64,000 nt of DNA from Lingula anatina (Eukaryota; Animalia; Brachiopoda). Of the stretch, positions 37,901 to 50,351 are shown piece by piece; position 1 is the stretch's first letter; each line of letters begins with the position of its first letter. Position numbers and translations under genes: made by a program. The stretch is taken from contig CM120645.1 of NCBI GenBank assembly GCA_051362555.1, positions 5,518,001-5,582,000 on the forward strand, in the 5' to 3' direction. The notes below the pieces were generated by a model. That model worked only from the letters and a program-made list of their open reading frames with translations, was not told the origin of the DNA and searched no databases.

Positions 37901-40306
37901 ATGTACAGACACAGATGTGTCTGTACATATAGCCATCATCTGCGTCTGTCGTCGTCGCCGTCGTGCACTTTTACCGATAACACGATAAGTGGAAAACCGT
38001 TTTGGCTTTTGGCTTGAAACTTACAGAACTGATGAATATTCATAATACGCAGGTCAAGTTCGAAAATCAGCATGATCGGGCCATTTTTAGGGAAGTTATG
38101 CTGTTTTTTCACTTTTTTAAGCATATATGCAGCACCGATAACACGATAAGTGGAAAACCATTTTACTTTTTGGCTTGAAACTTACAAAACTTATGAATAT
38201 TCATAATCCGCAGGTCAACTTCGAAAATCAGCATGATCGGGTCATTTTTAGGGAAGTTACGCTGTTTTTTCACTTTTTTCAACATATATGCAACACTGAT
38301 AACACAATATAAGAAAAACAGATAGGCCAATTGTCATTTTACTCCCAGGAGTAGTCAAACTTACTAAAACGCAGGTTGAGTTCGAAAATCAGCATAATCG
38401 GGCCTTTATTTAAGAAGTTATGCTGTTTTTTCACATTTCCTCAGATTCAATTCTTAGGCATGTTAACAGTCTCATTATTTAACTAATAAGATACATAAAT
38501 GTGTTTGTTTGATATTTCCTGCATCTTTACAACATTGTTAGTTGATTATGTAAAAATGATGGTAAACTTGTTATCGTGTATTGTGTAATAAAGTGTCAAA
38601 AATGGAAAAAACTCATATCATTGCAGTTTGTCAGATTCAATCATCCACTATGTTCAGAATCTCAGAATGGAGGAAATTGGACATTTAACACTGTTTTATT
38701 GATATTTTTCCTATCTCATCAATTTTCTTAGTTGGTCATATAAAAATGGCAGTAAAATGTTTATTTTGTTTTATGTTTAAAAAGTGTTAAAAATGGAAAT
38801 AAGCCCATTTCAGAACAGTGCTGTCTTGTTTACATTTTGGCATTTTTAAGACGTGACTTTGAAGTTCCATGGGCCTGCAGACCTTTGCTAGTCACATTTT
38901 CTGAATATACATGATACTAATATTTTATGATTAAAAATTGATGGTCATAATGCTGTTAAACATTATGTAATATTGCATCAAAATTTGAAGAAACCCCTAT
39001 TTTGGGCACTGCTCCCATGATGACCATTTAAGAAAAACCATGTCACTTACTGTTTTCAAACTTGCAGGAAAGAAACATGGGGCTAAAATGCAGCTTCAGT
39101 AGGCAATGCAGTCTGTTTGGTAAATTTTTCTGGCAGTTAAACAGTTTTTTGTGAAAATATAATTTTTCACATATTGGCATTTTCAAGGTGTGACTTTGAA
39201 GTTCCATGATCCTGCAGACCTTTGCTAGTCACGTTTTCTGAATGTTCATGTTATTAATATTCTAGTTTTAAAAATTAATGGTCATTATGCTGTTAAACAT
39301 TATGTAATATTGCATCAAAATTTGAAGAAACCCCTATTTTGGGCAGTGCTCCCATGATGACCATTTAAGAAAAATCATGTCAATTACTGTTTTCAAACTT
39401 ACAGGAAAGAAACATGGGTCTAAAATACAGCTTCAGTAGGCAATGCAGTCTCTTTGGTAATTTGTTCTGGCAATAAAACATTTTTTTGTGAAAATATAAT
39501 TTTTTACTTACTGGCATTTTCAAGGTGTGACTTTGAAGTTCCATGATCCTGAAGACCTTTGCTTGTAACGTTTTCTGAATGTCCGTGTTACTAATATTCT
39601 ATTATTAAAAATTGATGGTCATTATGCTGTTAAGCATTATGTAATGTTGAATCAAAATAGAAGAAAACACAATTTTTGGTGTTGCTGCCATGATGACCAT
39701 TATGGGAAAACTGTGTCACTTATGACTGTCAAACCTTTAAAAAAGAAACACTGGACTAAAATGCAGAATGAGTTGGAAAAGCAGTCTAATTGGCTTCTTT
39801 TTCTGGAAGTTATACATTTGAGTGAAATATTCATTATCTTTTTGGCATATTCATTGTGGGACTCGGAGCTCCCACGGACATGAAGCCGAATGGTAATTAA
39901 ATTTTCTACATGTACATGCTATTAATAGTCAATAATCAAAAATTGGTGATAATTATTCTATAATTTATTATGTAATGTTATATCAAAATTGACAACATTC
40001 TTTTTGCACTGCTACTGCAAACATTCTGAAAAGAAAACTGTGTTACTTATTATTCTTTTTAACTTACAAGTATGATTTTTAGGATTGGCATGCAGTTCAA
40101 ATTAGAAAGCCAGGTCAATTGGGTTATCATTTATTATTGAATTTATGCAATTTTGTGTGAATTTTTCATTTTTCTCATTCTGGCACTTTCTAAGTAAAAA
40201 CTTGAACTCTGATGGGCCTGAAGCCTTATGCTTTTACTTTCGTGGTGTTACCTGTTTTGCATAATTAAAATTTGATGTTGACTGTGCAGTAAAACATAAT
40301 GTATTA

Positions 40307-43300
40307 CGGTAAAGTGCCATGAATTTCGAACGGCTCTTGAATTTCGAACGATCTTAAAATCGGCCGTCTGGAGTTTTTTCTGGACCATGAATTTCGGCCA
40401 GTAAGCAATTTTGCGCGATCTTCATTTCGTGAATTTCGTACATCTTAAAATCGGCCACCGGGCTATTCTCGCGCTTATAAAGATCTAACAGTCGGCAATG
40501 TTGCCCTAGCGTACCTTTACCTGAGTACTACGTGTGCGGCCCAAGGTGCAAGATAACGATCAGTACAGTTAGTTTAGGACGCTAAACAACATCGTCATAT
40601 CCATTCATTCAGATAACAGGAGAATCTATTAAGAGTTGTACTGTCGGGCTGTTGTTTCTTTACCGCAGTATTCGGTGTGAGATAGCGATCGGTAGTTTTG
40701 CTGAGGCGCACAATAGCATTGTTAACAGTAGAGACTTCAGTAACAGAACAAAAGAGCAATATTAAGAGCTGCAATAAAGATTACCATTATTGCTTTCTTG
40801 TCTCGCTCAGATCGTTCACGATCTCCCGCTGACGATCTTCCGCTAATGAAGTCCCTTGAAATGTACAAATGAAATGAAAAATATTTTTAAAAATTATAAA
40901 TTCCAATGGGGAGGGATGGAGGGTTAAAAACAATCGAGAACGATCTCCGGCTGACGATCTGCCGCAAACGAAAGCCACTGAACGAGTATGAGCTTTCTCG
41001 TTTCACTCGGATTGCGACGCTGACGATACGAAAATTGCGTTCTCGTCTCGCCCTTTGGCTTACGAAGTCTCTTTAACAAATATGAAAATTGCCTCCTGGT
41101 CTCTCGGATTGCGAACGATCTCTCGCTGAAAATTTGAAATTTTCCTTTTTGTCAATCAGCTTTGTCAGTTGCCGTGCGTATGAAGGTCCGGAAGGTGTCC
41201 CCTTTCACAAATTGGCCTGTAGTTTGCTTAGTGTTTTGTACCGCATGAAGGTCACTCTTGTCACTGCTGCATACGGCGTGGAATGTGTATCTTAAAGTTA
41301 AAGTTCATAGAAACATTTTATTGTGGTTTGTAAGCTTTAGGAAGTAGTTTCGTCGTGACTGAATATCAGCGTACACTACAAAGTAGTACCATTCATCTGT
41401 GACGCATCATAAAAGCTAGGTACGTCAAATTACTCTAAGAAAATTTCTTACAACGTCCACGGTTGTCCCGACAAGCCAAGACGTCATTAAGAAAAAGTCG
41501 CAAGCCGTCTAGCCGTCTTTGAAAATATAGGCCGTCCGGTGATGTCAGCGGCCGTCCAAATGACGGCTGGACGGTTCGCTGGGAAAAGCCTTGCTCATAA
41601 GGGTATATTTATTTAACTAGGGGCTTACTGACATCACCCAGCTTACATGCGGGTGCATGCCTCCCAAAATTATATTAAAGGATAAAATTGTAATATATCT
41701 AAGTTTAATTGTTTGCAAATTTTGTAAAAATTGCCCATGCCACCCCGTTAGTGTGGAGGGTTAAGCTGGATCAAGTCCGTGTCAAAATTCTTTGAAATTT
41801 TGCAGGAAAAATCAATCTTCCTTTGTTTCTCTGGCTCCTTGTTTAGCCCGATGATCAGATTTATCTAGTGCCCCCAGGTCTGCTGGAGCAGCTCTTTGAA
41901 ATAACACACAGGTAGATTTTTATCTGAGATAAATATCGCGTTCGATACACTCAAGACAAAAGCTACCTGTGAGCTGAAGGGCACTTTACCCTCTAATTAA
42001 GAGGTAAAGCAAGTTCCAGCTAGATGGACGATTAAGATCGGACTTCAGATGGTTACTAGTATTGTTTACCTCAGTTCTGTGAAAGCAAACGAGAAGGGTG
42101 TCAGAACAATGGTGCATATATAAATTATACAGAGAATTTGTACATTCAGGTGACATTAACTTATAATCGAAGGGGATTTTCGATAATATTCCTTGAAAAG
42201 TACACTAGATTTAAAGAGAATAATTTCATGGTTGGCCAAAAAATTATATACGCACAGTGTATCCGTGCGTATGCCTGGTTACGCACCTGTCGCAAACCAG
42301 CAAACCATATCCTGCGGACTACATGAAAATTGCCTTCTACATGTAGCATGGACAAAAAGTCCAAGCTTCTATGCTTGCTCGGATCGCTGACGATCTCTTG
42401 CTGACGAATATAGTAACGAAGTCCCTTGAACTAGTGTGGAAATTGGCTTATTGTCGCGCTCAGATCGCTCACTATCTCCTATTGACGATCTTCCAGTCCC
42501 TTGAACGAATTAACCGATTACAGTGACGTCATATTTGCTCCGTAACACTAGTCCCGCGGCCATGCTGGAGGGAATGAACGACGGGGAATAGTAGCGTAAA
42601 TATAGGTAAACCAAATAAAATAAAGTAAATTTCATATCACGATCAAGGACACCAAAGGGAAAAGGATATATACAAGCTGAGGCTTCAGCTGATCAGCGGG
42701 ATCGACCGATATGAACTCAAGACAGTCTAAAAACGTGAAATCCTACTAAATGCTACTTACCCAACATCGTGTTGTCAGAAGATAGTTCAGTTATCTTGTA
42801 CTTCATTTTTCTTGTTCATTGGGTAATAACAGTTATAGTTTGAGAGAGTTTAATGTGTAATCATAAGTTTAACCATAAATAGAAGCAACTGTTTTCATAA
42901 AGGATAGATATAAAAAATTTGAGCTGATCATTAGGATAAACCCTTGTGGATTCAAGGAAGAATGTATGATTGTCTTATGACATGAAATATTGCTGTTAGT
43001 TATGACTTATCTTTACATCGTGAAGCTGTCAGAAATTATTTCAGCATTCTTGTACTTCATATTGGTTCATTAGAAAGTACATGTAACAAGACTGTTGTTC
43101 ATTCATATAAGCAGCATTGTTAGCATTTTATTATTAGTTCAGAAATTCACAGAAGCATTTGTTAGGCACTACAAATATCCTCAAACCTCAGTTTAAGTGG
43201 GACTTAGAGAATGGGAATTTGCCATGGGACTATACACTTGATACCAATGGAGCAATAGAAACTATGTCAATGATGAAAAAGACGTGTCCTTTGTATCAAA

Positions 43301-46183
43301 ATAAAGCTGGTGAGTTGTGTTGTAAATAAGTTTTCAAAATACATCTACTGCCATAAAAAGTATTGTATCAAACTGATTTTATAAAATTTTATATACCATT
43401 TGCATTGAGAATATTTTGCTAGGTATTCAGTGAACAAAATTCATGTATTTTAAATTTACTTTAAAACTGCAATATCAGGTATTTGTTGTTCTCTTTTTTT
43501 AATGTAAAGCCTAACTATATTGGGGATTTTCAGATGCTATTGTTTATACAGTACAGAAGTAAAGTATGCAGAACATTTGCTCTATACCATCATCAACTTT
43601 TAAAATTATTTCAGCATTCTTGTACTTCATTTTGGTTCATTAGAAAGTACATGTAACGAGACTGTTGTTTGAGAGAGTTTAATATTCACCGTGAATGCAA
43701 CCATTCATATAAGCAACATTGTTAGGATTTTATTATTATTCAGTCATTCACAGAAGCAAGGCATTTTTCACAATCATGTATTTATGATGTCCAATGTAAA
43801 ATAATAATTCAGTTCATGAATTGATTTCTGCAACCATTTGCTTAAACATATAGGAAAAGTGCACATTTTGTATGAATAAAAGTGAACATGAAATGCTGAG
43901 TTCTGAGTGTCGCTTCAATTAAGTAACTCCTGTCATGCACTGGATTTCACTCTCCTGATGTTCAGATCCTGTCTCCTCAGCTGGTCACAGAGATCTAGGA
44001 ATATTTTTTGCTGCTTCTACCTTGTGTGTCATCTAGCTGCCTTTTGTACCTGTCATCAAAAGCTTCCGTTTTTTTTTTTTTTTTTTTTTTTAATAATTTA
44101 CTTGCACCCAATCAGTGTGGCTTGGTGGGAAATGCCTGATCAATTTCCTACATGTAAATCTAAATTAATAGAAAGATAACAATAGTGATTTTTATTCATA
44201 TTATAACTTACAACATTACAGTTGAAAGGAGCAGAATTTAACATTTTTACAGAGGAAAGTGCAAAATTATTTCATGAGGTTATTAAAGTTATATGTCAAT
44301 TACACCTGAGGTAGAATTTACTTGCAAAATAAAATTACTCTTATCACTACACCAAATCGAAAATTAAGCCACTAACTTCCAAATACACTTCATACAGGTA
44401 ATTGATTTAATTGGCCCAGCTCAGCTGTGTACAGTACAAATATAGCCTTGACACTAATTGGGAATAATGCTAACCAGGTATAAAAGAGGTAGGTGACAGC
44501 CGATAAAATCTAGAGAGCACCTTAACTGATAACAAATTACACCCAAGGCAATAGGTGAGTCTTCATTATAAAAGTCGAAACCCTGCCTGGGTATTTCCAC
44601 ACGTTTTAACAAATTAACACACTCTCCATCCACACTTTTTGGGCACTACTTTAAATATATACGTGCGCCCCAAACGTACACACCTAGGTCTTTGGTGTTC
44701 TACTGTTTTTTCTTTTATGGTAAATCTGCACAGTTGGCTCTTCATTCTTTGCTATAAAATAAATTAGTTTTATCCTTTACTTTTCCGAAGAGTCTTGATT
44801 CAAAGCCACCTCGCCGTCTCTCCTCCGTTTATGGTTTTAGTTCCTTCACCATGGATTTTTACCACTGCAGGCAGTCTGTGAACGCTTGTAAAGTAAGTTA
44901 CCTTCTCTCGATCAAATACCCTGCAGTAATTCATCATTTTGCTCGGTTAAATATGAAAAAAAAATACAGAAAACGAAAACTGAACTACAGACATGGCTTG
45001 TTCATGCGCAGCAGACGATTCCGGTCTCCCTCCAGTATGGCTGCCGTTTGTTTTGATGACGCAGGCTCTAATGTAAAAACTGCCTTTTCGGTTTACTCTA
45101 GATTACCTATCTCTCGCGTTTGTTTGAAGATGGTTTCAATGACAAAACGTACACGCTTTTCAAATGCGTACATTGACGCAACTATGCGCCAGGAAATCAG
45201 TTGCTGCTGCTGGTTAAGATTGGGTTGCCTGAGCGAAAAAAAAAAAAAATAAATAAATAAAATTAAAACGGCCCTGCACCCCCCCCCCCCCCCCCCCCCC
45301 CAAACCTAGTATATTTGATCGCAGACAACAATCAGCGGTCATCTTGGTCGCAGCGCACGACGGAGAGAGACCGTAATACACAGTTCGGCTGCCGTGGCGA
45401 AGGCTACCTGTGCGCCGCACATACCGATCTGCGGTCGTAGTGGCCTCCCCGCACGGAGGAGAGGCCGTAGTGCCGAGGCCGGCTTCTGCAGGGAAGGCTA
45501 CGTATGCGTCGGAGACACCGACCCGCGAACGGCGAGATGAGGACGCATTCGCGCGTAAAGCTCCGCCCGACTTTAACGGTAAAGGCAACGAACCTGGTCG
45601 CGGAAGACACTTATCGCAGATGAAGGCTACCTGCACGTGCGCCATAGACACTGATCGGCTGTCGTCTCAGTTTCAGTGCACGGGAAGGAGCAACGGTAAC
45701 ACTAAGCTTCCATAGTAAAGGTTATCTGGCCGTGGCAGACGCTAATCGTCGGCCGTCTCTCCCTCCGTCCACTCCCGTTCTGAGCGCCAGGATCGTTTTT
45801 GAAAAACGACACTAGTTTCTGGCTGCCAGAATCGCTTTTGAAAAACGACACTAATGATAACGATGCTGTTTTGCGGCCCTAGACAACAGTACCGCTCTAT
45901 CTATGGGCCATACACAGTGATCGGGTGAAAGTACGTGTATACCTTTGGTCGCAATTACCGACACTCACACAATCATACATTATGGTAACTCTAAATAGAT
46001 CGTCGGGAGAAGATAACAGAAGGCCTAGCGACGAACAGACAACTTCCGGTCAAAATTGACAGAATTCCATGAAATTCGAACTTTCGGAAGTTCTGAGCAC
46101 CTCCATTTCATGAATTTCGGCCAGAACGATCTTTTCCAAAATTTAATTATTTTCTACTGTTCGAAATTCATGGCACATTACCG
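40307..46183. mobile_element. 5.9-kb TA-flanked TIR DNA transposon (Tc1/mariner-pogo-like termini); no recognisable transposase
   Basis: 25-bp TIRs CGGTAA(A/T)GTGCCATGAATTTCGAAC with one mismatch; subterminal (CA)TGAATTTCG repeats at both ends; TA on both sides. Joining the flanks rebuilds the satellite motif CAT.ATGTA.TATTGCATCA.AATT. Confidence 0.88.
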
Positions 46184-46514
46184 TATTGCATCAGAATTGG
46201 TAGTCTCCTATTTTGTGCATAATTGTTTTGTGCTTTTCTTAAGATGTGACTTATAGGCCTGAAAGACCTTTGAGAGGTTCAGTCTGTTAATATCCCTTGG
46301 GTATCACTTAGCTAAAGTCTCAGTTATAAAATCATTTGCCTAATTGATAGGCCATTAAATTTGCCTAATTGATAGGCCATTAAACTCCCAAAAGTTAAGC
46401 TCTCTGCTAGATTAATAATAAGGAAGCAGTGATATATAATTACGCAGGTTATTATATATATTATTATATAATAGAAGATTAAAAGTTTGAATAGCAGCTT
46501 CATTGAAATTATAT

Positions 46515-46745
46515 TTACCTCAGGCTCTGCCAAGGAGGTTATATTTCCACCCCTGTTTGTCTGTCATCAACATAACTCAAAAAGACCGATTTTGCTGAAA
46601 TTTTCAGGAACTGTCAGAATTGGGCCAAAGAGGACAATGATTAGTTTTTAGTGGTGGTCTTTCTCAATAATTAATCAATAATCAATAATAATCAACAATT
46701 GCTGCCTTGGCAGAGGTCTGCACTCTCGGTGGTTTTCTAGTTTTG
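46515..46745 (+). mobile_element. Short Helitron/Helentron-type non-autonomous element
   Basis: TTACCTC...CTCTGCCAAGGAGGTTAT start; inverted GCCTTGGCAGAGG near the end; terminal hairpin-like segment and CTAGTT. Confidence 0.7.
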
Positions 46746-47471
46746 TTATGTTTTCCTTTACAATTTTTTCTCAAACACTTGCATTTGTGACTTTAAACTC
46801 TCATCCGCTCAAGGCTCAGCACATTTTCTGTATTTCCACATAAGCAATTGTATTGTTTTTTATGTCTTTAAACATTATGTAATATTATTTTATGCACTGT
46901 CATCATTTTTCAGATATTGAGACTTTCATCATGTGACTTTGGTCTCTCATGGTCCTGAAACTGTAATCTTATTGAAGGGGTGGATTGAGACCATCTTCTG
47001 GGTCTTCCGGAAGACAGTCAGGTTATTAAGTATATATTGACTGGTATCTATTTTTTTCTGTTGGAAGACCATCAAAATGGAGGATGGATCAACATCTGTA
47101 TATATATAGATACTTTGGAATATTGTCAGAAAATATCTCAGGGTCCGCTCCTGTTATTGACCATGTTACCTGTTGTGCATGATTAAAATTCAGCGTTGAC
47201 TGACTGTACTATTATGTATATATAAGCATTATTTGTTATTGCATCAAAATTGACAAAATGACCTTTTTTTGCATCTTTATTTTGTTTTTTGTCTGTACAT
47301 TTGACAGCTTTGCTGCCTTGTTGATTGCCAAATTTATAAAAATTTGAGGAAAAAATGGTGTGAAAAAGTAAAAATGTGCGATCGTATCTTTCATGACCTG
47401 GAGGAGGTTAAAGAGAGACTTCAAGTGCTTTTTACAGACTTTCATAGAAGCACATCGAGGTTTCTCTTTAA

Positions 47472-47757
47472 AGGGATAATATATTCTGTTTTACCACAAA
47501 AACGGCAGTTATAGCTATTATTCTGATATCTGAGCTGGTCTTCAGACCACGTGACCTCCATTGATGGCTATACTCTGTTATAATCTCTTAAAAGATTTTA
47601 ACATAAAAACAAACTTAAAAAAAAAACAAAAAAAAAAAAAAAACAGGGACTAACTTTGAATGTAAAAATGGATTCATTAACCATTGGTAGGTATGAGAAA
47701 ATTGTTGTTTGCTGCAGGAAAATTCATTTTTGGCCGAAACGAAGAGTTATTATCCCT
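47472..47757. mobile_element. Kolobok-like MITE, internally deleted copy of 53084-53432
   Basis: TTAA on both flanks, AGGG...CCCT termini, near-identical to the 3' ~280 bp of the 53-kb copy. Confidence 0.8.
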
Positions 47758-49583
47758 TTAACTGCTTTCAGGTCAGAAAGAAGTTGCTATATGATTAAGG
47801 TTAAAACCGGTGACTTTGTAAGCCCGCAAGCCTGGGCCGATACATATACATTAATATTATTGTATTATGTATTATATTTGTGTATATTCGGCATTGTCAC
47901 GAAAATAAATCTATTTAACTAACTATAAATGACATTTTTAAATGTTGGAAAGGTATGGGAAACGGTAATGCTGCTTATCACATTGACTTGTGGCACTCGC
48001 GGTTAACATGGGTTAGTGTCCCATCGGATGGATATGAAGTTATTGTATATAATACTTATTATAGATGGTCTCGTCCAAAATAAGGAATATTGGCGGCGTG
48101 AATTAAGGCCGCGTGTTGACAAGTGCGATCGATCGGCTATATGGCCGACGTAATGAACATAGAAGGTAAAGCACACAATCAACCGGGTTGTTGTTAATTA
48201 AAGAATGGGACTGCCAATAAATTACTGCTATTTCAGTATCCAACTGGGGCGAGAAATCTTACCGTCACGAAAAGAATTTGGTATGCATTGGCTTATATCC
48301 TTTGTAAAACGGTCCGTGTAGTCGGTATTTAAAGTGCTGTAAATGAGGATTTTTCAAAATGAGCATAAAAAGTCAATACTGAATAATGTGAATGGAGAAA
48401 CGCTAAATTTCAAACGGAAAAATGATTTGCAGAATTGAAAATCACGCAAGAAAGTAATTTTGCGTTTTCATCAAATTGGAAATCCAATTTTAGTTGTTGT
48501 TTTTTGTCCGTTTTTCCTGTGTTCTAGTACAGTAACTTTTGTTCCTAATGTCAATGGCAGTCAAATATATTCGAATTATCCCTTTAATGTATTCCACTAT
48601 ATAACAGAAGGCTGCTTACCGGGTCAGCATGAGACGAACCGTGATGAGATAAAACCATAACTGAGGTCACAAGCTACCAGTCCGTGTATTTCAAACTTCT
48701 TTACCTTTGTGTCACCTTTTTATCGCTTATATTACTCAAGATCAAATACTTTTTTCTTTGAATAGATGGCGTTTGTTAATGATAATTGAAACCAGAATTG
48801 TGACATCAAAACACCGGAGTTGGCATGTGCATGTCCGCGCGTTTGTGTGCGTGCCTCTTTTACAGATAGATACCAATAGCGCAACAAAAACATGGAAAAC
48901 AGAATATAGTAATCTTTAGCAGCCGCGTAGGCAAATGTTATCGTTAAAAAGGTTATTTGTGATTTATCATTTTGTATTTGCATTTCGAAAAGCACACAGA
49001 AAGGGGAAAAACAAAGTTTGTTTTTCTACAATGTTCTTGAATGAAAAAAAGGGAAGTTTACATTTGACATTAGTAGACCAATAACTGAGTGAAGTATTCC
49101 CCGTTAATAATCGTCACTTACGCCAAAATAAAAAAGGTCTGTAAGCAATCATTTTGAAGGCGGAGAGCTGTTTCGTTTGAAAGTTACCATTTATTCGCTG
49201 TTCTTTTTGTCAACAAGATAGCGTGTAGAAAAAAGACATAAAAGTTCGGGCCAATACAACATTTTCAAAGTTGAAGACGGTAGCATATAGAGTATTGCAT
49301 ATACTACTTACTATATTTGCAAACACAGTATAAAGGACGCATTAGTCGACTGAAAAATATGTATATGCATTTTAGATAGTCTGTTCGTCTGTTCAGTGAT
49401 AATGGTAAATGTTTGAATTACAGTATCAATTTAAAAATAGATTAAGAGTGCAAAAATGGACAAAACACGATATGAGTGATTAAATGAGTTGAAAAATGCA
49501 CATACATGAGCAAGAAAATGGATTCGTTAAATACTCTCTCTCACTATCACGAGCGCGTACGTCGCCGTGCACGCACACACACA

Positions 49584-49620
<37 letters not shown>

Positions 49621-50351
49621 TTTACGGTTGAAAGAACAATGCTGCATTCACAGTTATAAAAAAAGAGCACCTGTGCTACCCTGTTTTCCGGAGCACCTTG
49701 ATCGATACTTGTTTTAAATACCCTTGTACATGTAAGATTACGCAACAAGAGCGAGGTCCAGCTTAGAATATTATTCATGAATATTCTAAGTTCATAGCAT
49801 TATTTCACGCGTGAACTTATTGCACTGTCCATATTCTTTGTGTAGTCTCAAAATTTATGTATAATGTTATATAGGATTTAACTTTCCTCCAATTGGCTAA
49901 ACCAAATAAGATTGCTCTCCGTGCGATTGGACCGTCAGTTGGTGCCCCTTGTAAATTGTTTGAAGCACTTGAAGTTCGCCTCGGTCTGTCCAAAATACCA
50001 TGTCTGGATTTACCTCTTGTAGAACATACTTGTCTCAGCAATTTAAATACGCTTAACTGAGCGTTCTGGCTCCCTGAGTCGTCGACTTTTTCGCTTTTCT
50101 TGTGTAACATTTCACAGGGCTAAGCCAATACCATTAATCCCAATAGATTTCATTCCATTTCTTCTCATTAATAAATGTCTATTTTTGACCGATTCGCTCC
50201 TTTTAATCTTCTCAGTACCCTAAAGCTTGATTCTTATTGGGGGAGAGCCTCTGCAATTTTCAAATTTTGTACAAAATTGCACGCAAAAACCTGATGACTT
50301 TTTTTCACTGGGTGTCAGTCTCCACCGCCGTGGTGAAGCACGTGACGGACG

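Larger units (their letters stand above)
37895..47157 (+). mobile_element. Helentron-like non-autonomous element/satellite array: 160-bp units (37974-38440), then 337-bp units (~38800-40304, resuming after 46185), interrupted by nested insertions
   Basis: 5' hairpin TGTACAGACAC-AGAT-GTGTCTGTACA followed by (GTC)n. CCGATAACACGATAAG at 37974 and 38134; GTGACTTTGAAGTTCCAT at 38853, 39190, 39527. Putative 3' CATCTGTATATA plus CAGG..CCTG hairpin at ~47093-47153; this right boundary is inferred. Confidence 0.55.

Noticed and set aside
44851-45715. ORFs 44851-45252, 45214-45651 and 45410-45715 as proteins or a transposase
   Set aside because: No DDE, HTH or other recognisable motif; explained by local GC richness and homopolymer runs
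45350-45800. Possible 7SK, SRP, RNase P/MRP or telomerase RNA
   Set aside because: No diagnostic motifs recognised (no CCCTAA template, P4 helix or SRP helix-8 motif); kept only as an unassigned finding
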